The notes: generated by a model from the letters alone, not told the origin. A DNA stretch of 64,000 nucleotides from an uncultured Ruminococcus sp. (GCA_902782445.1 CACZNC010000003.1:3040-67039), one strand, 5' to 3'; shown: positions 7,976 through 17,478, counted from the first letter of the stretch. Program-made: numbers and translations.

Positions 7976-9069
7976 AAAGGTTTACGGGAAAGAAAGAGGA
8001 CGTTTACGCTCTTGTCCTCGTATTCGTCGGCGCGATCCTCGGATGGGCCGCCGTGAAGACAAGGGATCTCGAAGGAACGCTCGCGCTGGTGAAGTGGGGC
8101 CTGTTGCTCGGGTTCATCGCCGTCGCCGTCACGCTGGTCCCGCTTCTTCTCGCGCGGCTCCTGTGGGACAGAAAATCCCCAAGCGGCACGACCGCGTATT
8201 ACATCCAGACAAAGCCGGGCCGGAGGCTGACGGAGATTCCCGATCTGACGGCGATTCATGAGCGGAATTCGGATTACCGTCTGCTCTTCCCGACGGGGAC
8301 ACAGGAAACGCCCCCTCCCGAGGAATTTGTTTTGGCCTATGACGCCTCCCTCGGGAAGATCCTGAAATCGGACGGGATCCCGTATTACACGGAGGATCCC
8401 GCGGTGGTGCAGTTCCGCGCCGGGCTGTTCCGGGAGCTCTCTGAAAAGCCGGAACTCCGTGAAATCCTGCGCCGGTTCGCGGAGGGCTATCCGGCCGATT
8501 CCTCCGGCGGATCGCTGTGGAAGTCCCTTTCGAACTGCAAAGCCCGTCACGACGCGGTGAAAGCTCTCCGGGAAGACTTGAACCATGCAGATCCCAGGTC
8601 CGCCGCGCTTCGGGGGCTCCGGGATCATTTGAACGAAGCGGCGGGATCGGAAGCAGGGCAAGCGGAAGCGGAAACCTTCACCGCCCTGCCGGAGAATCTC
8701 TTTTCCGTCCGAAGCTTGACCATCGCCGTGAATCTCGACAGCGGCGGTCACGCGCATGAGGCCGGGATCGTCGGCTTACACGGGGAGCCCTTTGGCCGGG
8801 ACAAAGCGGAACCGCTCTTGCATCCCGACAGGGAACGGCCCGACCTGACGAAAGCACTCAACCAGGAGTTGATGGACTGCGTAGACCGGGTGCTGGCGGA
8901 AGAGCTGCGGCGGCTGGAAGTCGATCTCGACGCGCTTCGCCGGGCGGCGGTCTCCGACACTCTCGTGAGGGAGATCCGGTTTATGGCGGAGTTTGCGGAG
9001 AAGGTCCGCGGAGTTCCGTCCGATCCAGCGGCGGTGACGGCGGTCTTCGGAGGGATCGGGGAAAGATAG
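7972..9069 (+). CDS. Hypothetical membrane-anchored protein, last gene of the MoxR operon
   Basis: ATGA overlap with the upstream gene. Two N-terminal transmembrane helices, then a charged helical domain of about 290 aa. I recognised no motif. Confidence 0.55.
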   Translation: MKRFTGKKEDVYALVLVFVGAILGWAAVKTRDLEGTLALVKWGLLLGFIAVAVTLVPLLLARLLWDRKSPSGTTAYYIQTKPGRRLTEIPDLTAIHERNSDYRLLFPTGTQETPPPEEFVLAYDASLGKILKSDGIPYYTEDPAVVQFRAGLFRELSEKPELREILRRFAEGYPADSSGGSLWKSLSNCKARHDAVKALREDLNHADPRSAALRGLRDHLNEAAGSEAGQAEAETFTALPENLFSVRSLTIAVNLDSGGHAHEAGIVGLHGEPFGRDKAEPLLHPDRERPDLTKALNQELMDCVDRVLAEELRRLEVDLDALRRAAVSDTLVREIRFMAEFAEKVRGVPSDPAAVTAVFGGIGER

Positions 9070-9083
9070 ATGCAAAAAGAAGG

Positions 9084-9120
9084 GGAGCCGTTTCCGATGT
9101 GGATCCGGCTCCATTGTTTC
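9084..9120. terminator. Hairpin between convergent genes (GGAGCCG ... CGGCTCC, then a T-rich tail)
   Basis: Stem at 9084-9090 and 9106-9112, followed by ATTGTTTC. Confidence 0.45.
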
Positions 9121-9124
9121 ATTC

Positions 9125-10266
9125 TCACTCTCCCTGTGGAGACGACGGCACATACTTCCCGACCAATGTCTCATAGTCCTCCCTGCCCTCGAGCGGCGCG
9201 AAGTCGGAGAGCATCCGCAGGTTCTTCGCAAACTGTTCGGCGTAGGAGGTATTCCCCGATTTGTCGAAGACGGGGGAGATTTCCACACCCTCGAAGAGCG
9301 GCGCGGTGTAGGCATGGCCCCAGTCCGGATCGAGCGTCCCACGGTCAGCGGCCCGGTTGGCGATCTGCTCGTCGACCCGCTCCCACATCTCCATGATCTC
9401 CCCGAGGCGGGCGACGGCTTCTTCATATTTTCCCTCTTTTGTCAGCTGAACCGCCTTTCCTTCGAGGCAGGCGTCGAAGTACATGGAGAACATCCCGTAA
9501 TTCCCGTCCGGGATCGCGGCGCGGAGAATGTCCTCCCATGCGTCCCGGATCCCTTTTTTGAACGCCTCGTCCCGGATCTGGGCACAGCCGACGGCGAAGA
9601 AATTCAAAAGCTCGTACAGATCCCGGTGAACGCACCGCTGAAAAAACGCGATCTGTTCCCGCCCTTCGAGGCACATGAACCGGAGCCGGTCCTTGCACGC
9701 CCCTTCCTCCGCCAGCGCGAGGGCCTCCTTTTTCCGCCCCCCTGCGCGAGCATGAGAACGAGGGTCCCGTATGCCTCTTTTTTCAGCTCAGCGTCGTCCG
9801 ACTCCCGGATGATCTTTTTGAGAATCTCTTCGACCGTCCGCTTTCTCTCCCGCTTCGCTTCCTCGTCCCCGTCCGCGGGATCTGCGGCGCGGAACCGCAG
9901 GCTGACGGCGTAGAAATACGCGATGCGCAGATTGTCCGGGTAGAGCTTTACCGCCTCGGCCGCCTTTTCCCGGAGCGAAGGAATGTCGATTTTCCCGTCC
10001 TTCCCCGGCGTTTTCATGATCCGGTCGAGTTCTTCCTCCACCTCCGTCTCCCGCGGGTCTTTTTCGTGCGCGATCCCGAGCAGCTCGTCCGACGTCACGC
10101 CGAACACCTTACACAGCGGGGCGATGAGGGACAAGTCCGGCGATGCCGAACCAACCTCCCATTTCGAGACGGCCTGTGCGGTGACGCCGAGCATTTCCGC
10201 CAGCCGGTCCTGGGTCAGGTCGGCTTTTTTGCGCAGTTCCTTGATTTTCTGTCCGATGTGGTCCAT
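9125..10266 (-). pseudogene. Frameshifted member of the XRE-HTH/helical-repeat regulator family
   Basis: ORF 9604-10266 carries the HTH (MDHIGQKIKELRKKADLTQDRLAEMLGV..). ORF 9125-9676 carries the C-terminal domain and aligns with the paralog at 15269-16366. The total of 1142 nt is not a multiple of 3. The frames switch at the T5/C6 runs at 9729-9742. Confidence 0.7.
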
Positions 10267-10290
10267 GTCGTCCTCCTCTTTTTTCCGATA

Positions 10291-10385
10291 GAAAGCGGGC
10301 CCGGCCTTCGTTCCGCATACAGTATAGCAGATTCGAAAGCCAGGCGCAATGGAATGTTTTTCGGATTTCGCTCAACCGGGGGTTG
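10291..10385 (-). promoter_or_regulatory. Copy 1 of a conserved promoter/5'UTR module
   Basis: On the minus strand: CAACC-CCC-GGTTG hairpin, TTGCGC (10344-10349), a 17-nt spacer, TATACT (10321-10326), then the leader GAACGAAGGCCGGGCCCGCTTTC. Confidence 0.65.
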
Positions 10386-10425
10386 CGTTGTCTTTTCCGG
10401 AAATAACTCTGCTGACCGGCTGCGT

Positions 10426-12366
10426 TCACGGCGAGCCCCCGTTCGCATTCCTGTAATGCCATGTGATGTTGATATTCCGCCGAAGCCTATTCTCCGATGC
10501 TTCTCCCCGCGCGAGGGAGCGGATATTGGGGTTCTCGTCGAACAAGCTTTCTTTGCGCATGTCGTCGGGGAGACGGTCAAGGTCGATCAGGGTCTTGACG
10601 AGCATGAACCGGTGGTTTTCGTCCTCATAGATCGTCCGAAGCCAGCTTTCGCGCACACCCTCCGCCCCCGCTTTGAGCGCGGCCATGACGCCGTAAGCGG
10701 GGGAAAAGCCGGGAGCGGGCGATTTCTTCAGCCATTCCTCCACGAGAGTGGCGTCCTCGGGCATGAAGTTCGCTCCGTATGCCAGCCGGTATCCGTCGTG
10801 ACGCAGGATCGGATCGTCCCATCGGATGATTTCCATCCCGAGCGCGCGCACCCGCGGATCGCGGACAAAAGCGAGGATATGAACGACGGTGAGCAAAAAC
10901 GCTCGCTTGACTTGATCGCCGCTTTGCTTCACATCGTCGATCAGCCGCCGCGCCCGTTTCAAAAGCTCGCCCGTATCGCGTGACGCCGAGCGGACCATAT
11001 TTAAGAGGAAAAGACTTCTCAGCCGCCCCTGCTTCCCCGGATCCTTCTCATCGATAGCCGCGTCGAGCACGGCGAAGAACACGTCGTCCGATGCGTTTTT
11101 GAAGCTGACGGAGAGCAAGGCGTTCTCCGCAATGTCCGGACCCGCGGAGAGAAACCGTTCGACGGTGAGTTCGCTTTGCGGCAGGGGACTGTACGCGGCT
11201 TCCTTCACGTCCAGCGCGAACGAGAGCGGGTTTTCCTCGAGCAGAACGTCCCACACGTCACGGTTGACGTAATCGCTCTCCCATGTATATTTATAAATAT
11301 CATGCGCAAATTTATAAAACAAATCCATCCGGTCATGCGCTCTGTCCGGCGGCGCGAGGCGGAAGAGGTCGGCAAGGTCGTACAGCTGCACGCGGATGAC
11401 GTCCTTGCGCGGCGTGACGCACTCCTGAATCCGGAACGCGCTCTTCACCCATTCGTCCGCAAGCTCTCCGAAATCCCCGCCGCCCTCGCCGCTCAGATTC
11501 CGCCGCAGATGGGCCATCGTCCGCTCATAATCCGCCCGCAGGATGTCTTCCGCCTCCTCTTCATGCCCCAGCAGGGAGACGAGCTTCATGGCGTCAAGGC
11601 GCGGCGGCCTTTTTTCGAGGATCTTTCGGGCGATCTCTTCTCCGAGTCTGCCCGACGGATCGAAACAAAGGGCGAGATCCCGGTCATAAAGTCCGTGATT
11701 CCGGGCGTAATAGGGCACAATATCCGACTTATCCGGGGACTCATTTTCGGGGTGCAGAAGCATCCTCTGCCAGATGGCACAGAAGATCTGCTTGTCTTTT
11801 TCCTTTTCCAGCAGAAGGATCGCCCGCCCGAGGCCGCGGTTCAGATAATCCCGGAATTCGCCGGGGGTCATGCCGCTTTCTTCCGCTCCCGGGATGGATT
11901 TCGGCTTGAACCAGCGGTCGTACATGGCGGAGAGGAATTCCGCGGTCATGGGATAACCGGACGCCGATCCGATCACGCTGTCGATGCCGCAGAACGGGCA
12001 GAGCGCGGTGTTTCCGTCCCGGTCCACCCATTTCACGATGGTCTGCGGGCGGTAAAGCTGGCGGCAGAAGAAGCACCCGCACAGATCCGACGCACCGAGT
12101 TCCGCCCGGTTGTTCATGCAGTGCCGGTGCGCGGCAAGAAGCTGTTTCTCCGCGTTTTCTTTTTCCTCCGCGATCCCGAGCAGTTCGTCCGCCGTGACGC
12201 CGAACACCCGGCACAGCGGGGCGATCAGCGACAGATCCGGCGACGCGGAACCGACCTCCCATTTGGAGACAGCCTGTGCGGTGACGCCGAGCATTTCCGC
12301 CAACTTGTCCTGCGTCAGGTCGGCCTTTTTGCGCAGGTCTTTGATCTTTTGTCCGATGTGTTCCAT
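10426..12366 (-). CDS. XRE-HTH regulator with a Cys4 zinc-ribbon-like insert and a long helical (HEAT/TPR-like) C-terminal region
   Basis: MEHIGQKIKDLRKKADLTQDKLAEMLGVTAQAVSKWEVG..., then CGCFFCRQLY..ALCPFCGIDSVIG. GAGGAG RBS before ATG 12366. The track start at 12450 falls inside the promoter module. Confidence 0.8.
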   Translation of the reverse strand: MEHIGQKIKDLRKKADLTQDKLAEMLGVTAQAVSKWEVGSASPDLSLIAPLCRVFGVTADELLGIAEEKENAEKQLLAAHRHCMNNRAELGASDLCGCFFCRQLYRPQTIVKWVDRDGNTALCPFCGIDSVIGSASGYPMTAEFLSAMYDRWFKPKSIPGAEESGMTPGEFRDYLNRGLGRAILLLEKEKDKQIFCAIWQRMLLHPENESPDKSDIVPYYARNHGLYDRDLALCFDPSGRLGEEIARKILEKRPPRLDAMKLVSLLGHEEEAEDILRADYERTMAHLRRNLSGEGGGDFGELADEWVKSAFRIQECVTPRKDVIRVQLYDLADLFRLAPPDRAHDRMDLFYKFAHDIYKYTWESDYVNRDVWDVLLEENPLSFALDVKEAAYSPLPQSELTVERFLSAGPDIAENALLSVSFKNASDDVFFAVLDAAIDEKDPGKQGRLRSLFLLNMVRSASRDTGELLKRARRLIDDVKQSGDQVKRAFLLTVVHILAFVRDPRVRALGMEIIRWDDPILRHDGYRLAYGANFMPEDATLVEEWLKKSPAPGFSPAYGVMAALKAGAEGVRESWLRTIYEDENHRFMLVKTLIDLDRLPDDMRKESLFDENPNIRSLARGEASENRLRRNINITWHYRNANGGSP

Positions 12367-12391
12367 GTGCTTCTCCTCTTCTGTCCCGACA

Positions 12392-12486
12392 GAAAGCGGG
12401 CCCGGCCTTCGTTCTGCCTTTATTATAGCAAAAACGGACGCCGGGCGCAATGGAATATTTTTCGGATTTCGCTCAACCGGGGGTTG
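12392..12486 (-). promoter_or_regulatory. Copy 2 of the conserved promoter/5'UTR module
   Basis: TTGCGC (12445-12450), a 17-nt spacer, TATAAT (12422-12427), with the same hairpin and leader as copies 1 and 3. Confidence 0.65.
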
Positions 12487-12498
12487 ATTCGGGCGGGG

Positions 12499-15177
12499 TC
12501 AGCCCTTCTTTTCCGCGCACTCCCGCCGCTGATCCGCCGAGATATCCGTGAACAGGAGCAGAACGGGCTTTTCCCGGTTCTCCTTCCCGCTCACGCCGTC
12601 CCGGTCCGCGAGCAGGGTGTATTCGACCGAGGCGCGGTAGCCGTCCGGGAGGTCCTTCGCCTCGTACCGTCGGAAGAAGCCGGTATTTATGGGGAAATAC
12701 CCCTCTCCGATCCCGCGGTATGCCGTCAGCTCCCAAACCGATTCGATCCTCTCCGTGCGGTGCAGGATCTTCACGGGGCCGACGCCCGGAGCGAACCACG
12801 CCTCGATGTGTCCGGCCCATCGCGTGATGATTTCGTTCTTCGCGTCGGCTGTAAAATGCCGGCAGGCTTCAAACCGTCCGGCGGGCGTCGTCACCTCTTC
12901 GTCCTCCCCGATCTCCACGGATGACTGAACGGGAACCGCAAGCCAGAGCATATAGTCGAGGTCCGCCTTGAATCCGGGGATCCATTCGTCCCGCCAGAGC
13001 CCGTCCCCGGCGGCTTCGAGCATCCCCCAGAGGTCCCCGCCGTTCACCGCCTCCTGGACTGCGGAGACTTCCTTTTCCTCCGCCAGCCGCGGACGACCGA
13101 AGAGGATCCGGTGCTCCCGCTCGAGGGAAATCCCATCCTCCCGGATACCAAGCCGGAGCACGCCGTCTTCCCTCGGGGGAATGGGCCGGACATCGAAGAA
13201 ATCGTTCCGTCCTATCGTCTCCGTGTTCGGACTCAGGTCGGGAGAGCGGGCGAGAAGGCGGCGCATGACCCGGTTCGAGATCTCGGTTTCGAGCTTCTGC
13301 CTGGGCGTGACGGCCAGCTCCTCCGCCTTTTTCAGATACGGCTCCACGTCCGCGAGGATCAGTCTTCCGTTCTCTCCGCGCTTCTTATACCGGATCTGCG
13401 CCGCCAGGAGACTGCCGTACCAGGACGCCGTGTCCGCTTCCGGACGGAGAACGGCGGTGAAGGCTGCTGTCGCGCTGTCCTTGCCCGCCGAGACGATCTC
13501 AAGCTTCGCCGTGCCCCATGTCCCCATGTTCTCGACCGCCCATTCGTATTCCCAGCGGTTCCCTGCCGCGAAGATCTCCCCGTCCGGCGAAGGGGAAAGG
13601 GCGTAGTCCCGCAGAGTCAGGGTGCGCTGATCCGCCAGCGAGAACTGCTTCACGATCCCGACGCCGGGGCAGACGGTCGTGATGACGCGGTACCCCTTCC
13701 AGTCCCGCCCCTCGACGTCGTAGGTCCGGCAGTGTTCAAACCGTCCCGCGGGTGTGACGACGGGCTCCTCCTCGTCCCGGATCGTCAGAACGCAGTTTCC
13801 CACCGCGTCGTACTCTCCGGGCAGTTCGTTCGGATCGAGCATCACATAGTCGCGGTTCCAGCCGAACTTTTTCCAGAGAACGGGCGCGATCCCATAGCCG
13901 TCCCCGTCGGTGATGACACCGGGAGACGCCTCGTAGCCGGGACCCTCCCAGAACACCCATCTGCCGCCGATTTTTCTGTACTTTTCCCCCGAGACCCAGA
14001 GCCTGGCGGATTTCCCCCAGTCATACAGCCGGCAGACCCCCGCATCCGTAAACTTCGCTTCTCCTTCGAGAGCGGCGACGGCGGCGGCATAGTAGGTCTC
14101 GTCCGGGGAGAGGAGGGATTTCACCTTTTCAAATTCCGCCCGGGCTTCCTTGTCCTGTCCGAAATCGCGGAAGCTCTTCCCGAGCCAGAAGCGGAGATAA
14201 GCCACGGTTTTGGGGAATCCTGCCGCCTCCATCTCCGGGATCAGCACGTCCCGGAGCTTTTCCTGCCGCGGGTGGACGTAGACCTGAGGGTCCTCCCCCT
14301 TTTCCGCAAGGGGCGCGGACCTGATCTCGCGCATCATGACGGCCTGCATCACGTCCTCGTTGTGTCCGGCGAGGGCCGCGGCCTTGATTTTGGCATAGAT
14401 CTCCTCGTTTTCCTCCCCGGGGAGCCACCACGCGCCGCGCAGCCAGACGTCCGCCAGCATGTGCCGCTTCTTCTCCGATTCCGGCAGGCTCTCCACGGCG
14501 GCGAGGACGGAGCGGTACTCCTCCTCAAATCCCTCCTTGTCGTGTCTGAGCTGCCAGAGCTTCAGTTCCTCCACCTGCCGCATGACGCGGGAGACGAGGG
14601 TCTCGTTTTCGTCGTAGGTCTTTTCCATGATTCCGTATCCTTTCCGAAGCTGTTTTCTCCCCTCGGAAAGCCGCCGCTTCACCGTCCCCTCCGGAACGGA
14701 AAGGAGGGCGGCGATCTCTTTCACGGAATACCCTTCGAAATAGTGGAGGCGCACCGTTTCCCGCAGTTTTTCCGAGAGCGTGTCCACAGCCTCGTGAAGC
14801 TCCCGAACCTCCCCGTCGTCGATCAGGGCGGAGAGTTCCGGATCCTCTTCGCCCAGTGCAAATGAGGCAAGGTCGAGGGAGATCGCGGGGACGGCGTTCT
14901 CGTACCGGGCGAGGAGATTGATCGCGGCGTTCTTTGCGACGCTCACGATCCACGCGCGGAATTTCTCCCGGTCGCGGAGGGACGAGAGGCGCATCCATCC
15001 CGCTAAAAAGGCGTCCTGCGCGGCGTCCTCGGCGGCGTAGGGATTCCGGGTCACGGCGCGGGCGGCGTTCAGAACGGCGGGTCCGTGGCGCGTCACCAGT
15101 TCTCCGAACGCGTCTGTGTCGCCGACGAGCGTCATCTCCACAAGCTCGCGGTCGGAAAAAGCGGAATAGTTTTTCAT
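12499..15177 (-). CDS. ECF-type sigma-70 family factor fused to a soluble C-terminal extension of about 700 aa
   Basis: The N-terminal 190 aa carry region 2 (DAFGELV..EDAAQDAFL..W) and region 4 (HYFEGYSVKEIAALLSVPEGTVKRRLSEGRKQL). GAGGAG RBS before ATG 15177. The extension has no obvious transmembrane helix and contains a duplicated TPAGRFE.C...PGVG.VK module. Confidence 0.85.
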   Translation of the reverse strand: MKNYSAFSDRELVEMTLVGDTDAFGELVTRHGPAVLNAARAVTRNPYAAEDAAQDAFLAGWMRLSSLRDREKFRAWIVSVAKNAAINLLARYENAVPAISLDLASFALGEEDPELSALIDDGEVRELHEAVDTLSEKLRETVRLHYFEGYSVKEIAALLSVPEGTVKRRLSEGRKQLRKGYGIMEKTYDENETLVSRVMRQVEELKLWQLRHDKEGFEEEYRSVLAAVESLPESEKKRHMLADVWLRGAWWLPGEENEEIYAKIKAAALAGHNEDVMQAVMMREIRSAPLAEKGEDPQVYVHPRQEKLRDVLIPEMEAAGFPKTVAYLRFWLGKSFRDFGQDKEARAEFEKVKSLLSPDETYYAAAVAALEGEAKFTDAGVCRLYDWGKSARLWVSGEKYRKIGGRWVFWEGPGYEASPGVITDGDGYGIAPVLWKKFGWNRDYVMLDPNELPGEYDAVGNCVLTIRDEEEPVVTPAGRFEHCRTYDVEGRDWKGYRVITTVCPGVGIVKQFSLADQRTLTLRDYALSPSPDGEIFAAGNRWEYEWAVENMGTWGTAKLEIVSAGKDSATAAFTAVLRPEADTASWYGSLLAAQIRYKKRGENGRLILADVEPYLKKAEELAVTPRQKLETEISNRVMRRLLARSPDLSPNTETIGRNDFFDVRPIPPREDGVLRLGIREDGISLEREHRILFGRPRLAEEKEVSAVQEAVNGGDLWGMLEAAGDGLWRDEWIPGFKADLDYMLWLAVPVQSSVEIGEDEEVTTPAGRFEACRHFTADAKNEIITRWAGHIEAWFAPGVGPVKILHRTERIESVWELTAYRGIGEGYFPINTGFFRRYEAKDLPDGYRASVEYTLLADRDGVSGKENREKPVLLLFTDISADQRRECAEKKG

Positions 15178-15255
15178 GGGGTTCTCCTCTTTCCTTCGGA
15201 ATTCCGTTTTGGGGGTCATGATCCAGACACGGAAAACGGGGAAAAGGTTCGGTGG

Positions 15256-15284
15256 GGAGGAAAAATTTTTATATTTTTTCCTCC
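15256..15284. terminator. Perfect hairpin GGAGGAAAAA-TTTTTATA-TTTTTTCCTCC, overlapping the stop codon of the gene at 15269-16366
   Basis: The sequence is visible at 15256-15284 and separates the HTH pair from the sigma gene. Confidence 0.6.
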
Positions 15285-16366
15285 GGCTGCATCTCCGCGC
15301 ACAGGGCTTTGAAGTCCTCCCTCTCCCTAAGCGGTTCGAACCATTCCATATTCAGCCACTGCCCCGCGTACTCCGTCGTCGTGTACACGCTGCCCAGAAA
15401 CGGCATGGTGTCAGACAGCCGGTCGAACAGCGGCGCTGTGAAGGCGATCGTCTCCCCGTCCCGGGCGTTGACCTCGTCGAGCTTTTTACATACGGCGCAA
15501 TATTCCGCGAGCTTTTTCACCGCTTCGTCGTACCGCCCGGCCTTTGCGAGAAGCTCCGTCTGATATTCCAGCGCGTCGTGAAGATAGTTGAACCATCCGA
15601 GGTAATTCCCGTCCGGGAACATGACGCGGACAACGGCTTCCACCGCTTCCATCGCGGGGAGGGATTCCGTTCTTCGCCGCAGAGCCAAGAGGAGACCTTC
15701 CAGCTGTCCCATAACATACCATTGCCAGTGCAGCTCGCCCTCTTCTCCTTCGAGGCAGAAGAGCAGAAGGTAGTCCGGCGACAGCTTGCCGCTTTGCGGG
15801 CATTTCCGGGCGAATTCAGCCGCCTCTTCCCGCCTCCCCTGTTCCACAAGAAGCAGAACGAGACCGTTCGTTGCGCAGGCACGGAGAGAATCGTCCTTTG
15901 CCTCTTCCAGAATGAACCGGTACCGCTTTTCGGCGGCTTCGACGTGTTCCCGGCGGGCTTTCGCCTGTTCTTCCGTCGGGTTTTGGCAGTTGTCAATCAT
16001 TGCCTCGTTCAAGGCGCAGTAGTAGTGAAGCCAGAGGTTGCGCGGGTATTCTTCCACGGCGGCGAGGCATTTTTGAAGGTGCAGGCGGATGTCAAATTGG
16101 CCGGGATTTCCGTCGTTGCCGCTCGCCATCATATAGAGATCGTGCTCCCGCGGGTCCTCGTCCTCCGTTCTGATCCCGAGCAGTTCGTCCGACGTGCATC
16201 CGAGCACCCTGCACAGCGGAGGAATGAGGGCGAGATCCGGCGTCGAGACGTCGCATTCCCATTTGCTCACGGCCTGCGGGGATACCCCTAGATAGTCCGC
16301 CAGCCGGTCCTGCGTCATGTCGGCTTTCTTGCGCAGATCTTTGATTTTCTGTCCGATTCCGGTCAT
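15269..16366 (-). CDS. XRE-HTH/helical-repeat regulator (paralog)
   Basis: MTGIGQKIKDLRKKADMTQDRLADYLGVSPQAVSKWECD. It overlaps the upstream paralog by 4 nt (ATGA). Confidence 0.85.
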   Translation of the reverse strand: MTGIGQKIKDLRKKADMTQDRLADYLGVSPQAVSKWECDVSTPDLALIPPLCRVLGCTSDELLGIRTEDEDPREHDLYMMASGNDGNPGQFDIRLHLQKCLAAVEEYPRNLWLHYYCALNEAMIDNCQNPTEEQAKARREHVEAAEKRYRFILEEAKDDSLRACATNGLVLLLVEQGRREEAAEFARKCPQSGKLSPDYLLLFCLEGEEGELHWQWYVMGQLEGLLLALRRRTESLPAMEAVEAVVRVMFPDGNYLGWFNYLHDALEYQTELLAKAGRYDEAVKKLAEYCAVCKKLDEVNARDGETIAFTAPLFDRLSDTMPFLGSVYTTTEYAGQWLNMEWFEPLREREDFKALCAEMQPEEKI

Positions 16367-17478
16367 ACGGTTTCCTCCTGTTCTTCGTCCGCTTTGCTTT
16401 CAAGCTCCGCGATAAGGGCTTTGAAGTCTTCTCTGTCACGGAGAGGAGCGTATATCGGCGAAAATCTGCACCCGTTGATCAGGCATTCCAGCTCGAAGAA
16501 TGCGTCGGCAAATCGGGCGGCGACGAAGCTCTTTCCGGTTTCGCTCCATCCGTCGAGAGCCGGGGCGGTATAGGGGATGTCGCCGGGTTCTCTGCTCCGC
16601 CGGATCAGCGCGGCATCCTGCACGGCATAGTCCGCCGCGTCCCGGATTTTTTCAACCGCCCTGTCGTATGCGCCTTCCTCGATCAAGAGGGGGATCATCT
16701 CCATCGCGTTGTGGAACAGCCTGTTCGAGAACCCCACATAGTTTCCGTCGCTGATCACCGCGCGCACGACCGCGTCGATCGCCTCATAAGAAGGCAGGTG
16801 CCGTTCGTGTCCTCCACGTTTTTCCAGATAATTGCACAACCAATTCAGCGATTTGTAAACCAGAAACTGCTGCTGTTTTCTCCATTCATCTCCGTCAAGG
16901 CATTCGAGCAGGAGTTCCTCCCTGAACGGCCCGGACTGCTCGGCAAACGCTTTTGCCTCCTCGCGCAGGCCGTCGTTCATGCGCATGTGGAAGAGCTGGG
17001 ACGCCGCATATTCGCGCTGCTGTTCGTCCCGCCCGTCGGAGAGGATGGCGAGAAGACGTCTTTCCGCGTCGTCCTTTCTTCGCCGTCCTTCATCCGTTTC
17101 CGCTTCTTTCCCGCCGAAGAACCAATATTCCTGTTGGGCAATGCAGAAGGAAATCTTTTCGTTGCGTGGGAAGTCCCTGCGTGCTTCCTCGATCAGCGCG
17201 GCGAAACGCTCCCCGTCCTCCGGAGTAAGGCTACCGAGTTCGTTGTACAACGCTTTCGCGCGTTCTTTGTCCTCCGTGTACGCGACGCCCAGCATCTCAT
17301 CCGCCGAACACCCGAGCACCCGGCACAGCGGCGGAATAAGGGCGAGGTCCGGCGTCGCTATGCCGCATTCCCATTTCGAGACAGCCTGTGGGCTGACTCC
17401 GAGATAATCCGCCAGACGGTCCTGCGTCAGGTCTGCTTTCTTGCGCAGATCTTTTATCCTTTGTCCGATGTGTTCCAT
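16363..17478 (-). CDS. XRE-HTH/helical-repeat regulator (paralog)
   Basis: MEHIGQRIKDLRKKADLTQDRLADYLGVSPQAVSKWECG. The C-terminal motif PLRDREDFKALIAEL is shared with the paralogs. Confidence 0.85.
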   Translation of the reverse strand: MEHIGQRIKDLRKKADLTQDRLADYLGVSPQAVSKWECGIATPDLALIPPLCRVLGCSADEMLGVAYTEDKERAKALYNELGSLTPEDGERFAALIEEARRDFPRNEKISFCIAQQEYWFFGGKEAETDEGRRRKDDAERRLLAILSDGRDEQQREYAASQLFHMRMNDGLREEAKAFAEQSGPFREELLLECLDGDEWRKQQQFLVYKSLNWLCNYLEKRGGHERHLPSYEAIDAVVRAVISDGNYVGFSNRLFHNAMEMIPLLIEEGAYDRAVEKIRDAADYAVQDAALIRRSREPGDIPYTAPALDGWSETGKSFVAARFADAFFELECLINGCRFSPIYAPLRDREDFKALIAELESKADEEQEETV

